The notes below the pieces were generated by a model. It ran no database searches and was not told the DNA's origin. It saw nothing but the letters and a program-made list of their open reading frames with translations. Of a stretch of 64,000 nt of DNA, positions 63,245-64,000 are shown piece by piece; the first letter of the stretch is position 1; every line of letters starts with the position of its first letter. Made by a program: the position numbers and the translations under genes. The stretch is from contig BFEA01000035.1 in NCBI GenBank assembly GCA_003427395.1, positions 850,453 through 914,452 of the forward strand. The letters are read 5' to 3'. The DNA comes from Chara braunii. Taxonomy: Eukaryota > Plantae > Charophyceae.

Positions 63245-63929
63245 CAGGCCTGACATTGGATTACAATTTACAACTCATTTGAACACTTGAAACCACCCTG
63301 AGGGCATACCATCTTTTTTTTTTTTTAATGGTCGCATGTGGCACGATCAGACTTACCATGGCACATCCAGCTTGGGGGTGACACTGGTCATCATAACTCC
63401 TTAACACCCTCCCTTACAAACCCACACAACTCCTTGAGGACTCACTGTCCTTGCTTGAGGGTGTTGGACCCCCTTTCAGTGTCCTCGGTCAAGGATCACT
63501 CACCAAGGCAGGAGATGATCCTTCTGTACCCAGTTCCTCTGGTTCACCCCCCTACCCCCCCTCTTGGAAGGTCTGCATGGTCGAGGGTCCTCAGCTCAAT
63601 GTCAACAGTGAACTCTAGACCCACTAGACTACAATTGCCGTAAGTGAACCTGTGTGACCCTGTTAGTCCTGATCAGTCCTTTTTATGACTTGTAAACCCC
63701 CGAAGCACCCCCCCCTCCTGACATTCCAATGTTCTGCTCAACCATATTACAATCTCGGGTCACCCCTTCCGTGCAGCACATGGTCAAGTGCCCCGGTTAT
63801 ACCTTTGCCCTTGCCCCCTACTACTACATGAGCTCTATAGACCAGATCTTCCTAGCCAGTAGGACGGTCATACCAATAGACCAGATCTTCCTAGGCAGTA
63901 GGATGGTCTGAAACGGTATTCACCAATTC

Positions 63930-64000
63930 GTGGTAGCTGAGGTAGATCCCAGGGCTCGATCCCTAGTTCCCCAACTTACCTGTGTACAATACCTGCGTCA
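63930..64000 (+). mobile_element. Start of a third family A LTR (runs off the window)
   Basis: agatcccagggctcgatccctagtt...acctgtgtaca is the reverse complement of 1224-1268. Confidence 0.75.

Overview
Eukaryotic, repeat-dense nuclear DNA with N-gaps beside (GA)n/(CA)n tracts. The kb-scale introns, plant-type kinesin and plant-mitochondrial fragments suggest a large-genome streptophyte, possibly a Chara-like alga; this is an inference only. The one clearly recognisable gene is the 3' part of a kinesin-14 (KCH/ATK4-like) on the minus strand. It has six phase-consistent exons between 43047 and 59085, ends in ...RRWM*, and its 5' exons lie beyond the window. Three phase-0 candidate exons of an unidentified plus-strand gene lie at about 2.0, 9.3 and 32.7 kb. 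The rest is nested mobile DNA: decayed L1/Tx1-like LINEs, solo LTRs with 4- or 5-bp target-site duplications (TSDs), two LTR elements with a tRNA-iMet primer-binding site (PBS), a hAT element with an 8-bp TSD, MITE families, minisatellites, a decayed 28S rDNA piece, and mitochondrial tRNA-Glu and rrn26 insertions. The most interesting signals are: (1) two copies of a type III hammerhead ribozyme, one in what appears to be a 135-bp tandem unit; (2) a 4.97-kb hairpin-rich solo-LTR-like insertion carrying U6 snRNA, 28S rRNA and hammerhead fragments plus 12 AACGG sites upstream of a TATA box; (3) a six-copy, roughly 60-nt hairpin plus H-type pseudoknot motif with a compensatory base-pair change, located upstream of A-rich tails. 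All calls were made by eye, and no searches or folding programs were run.
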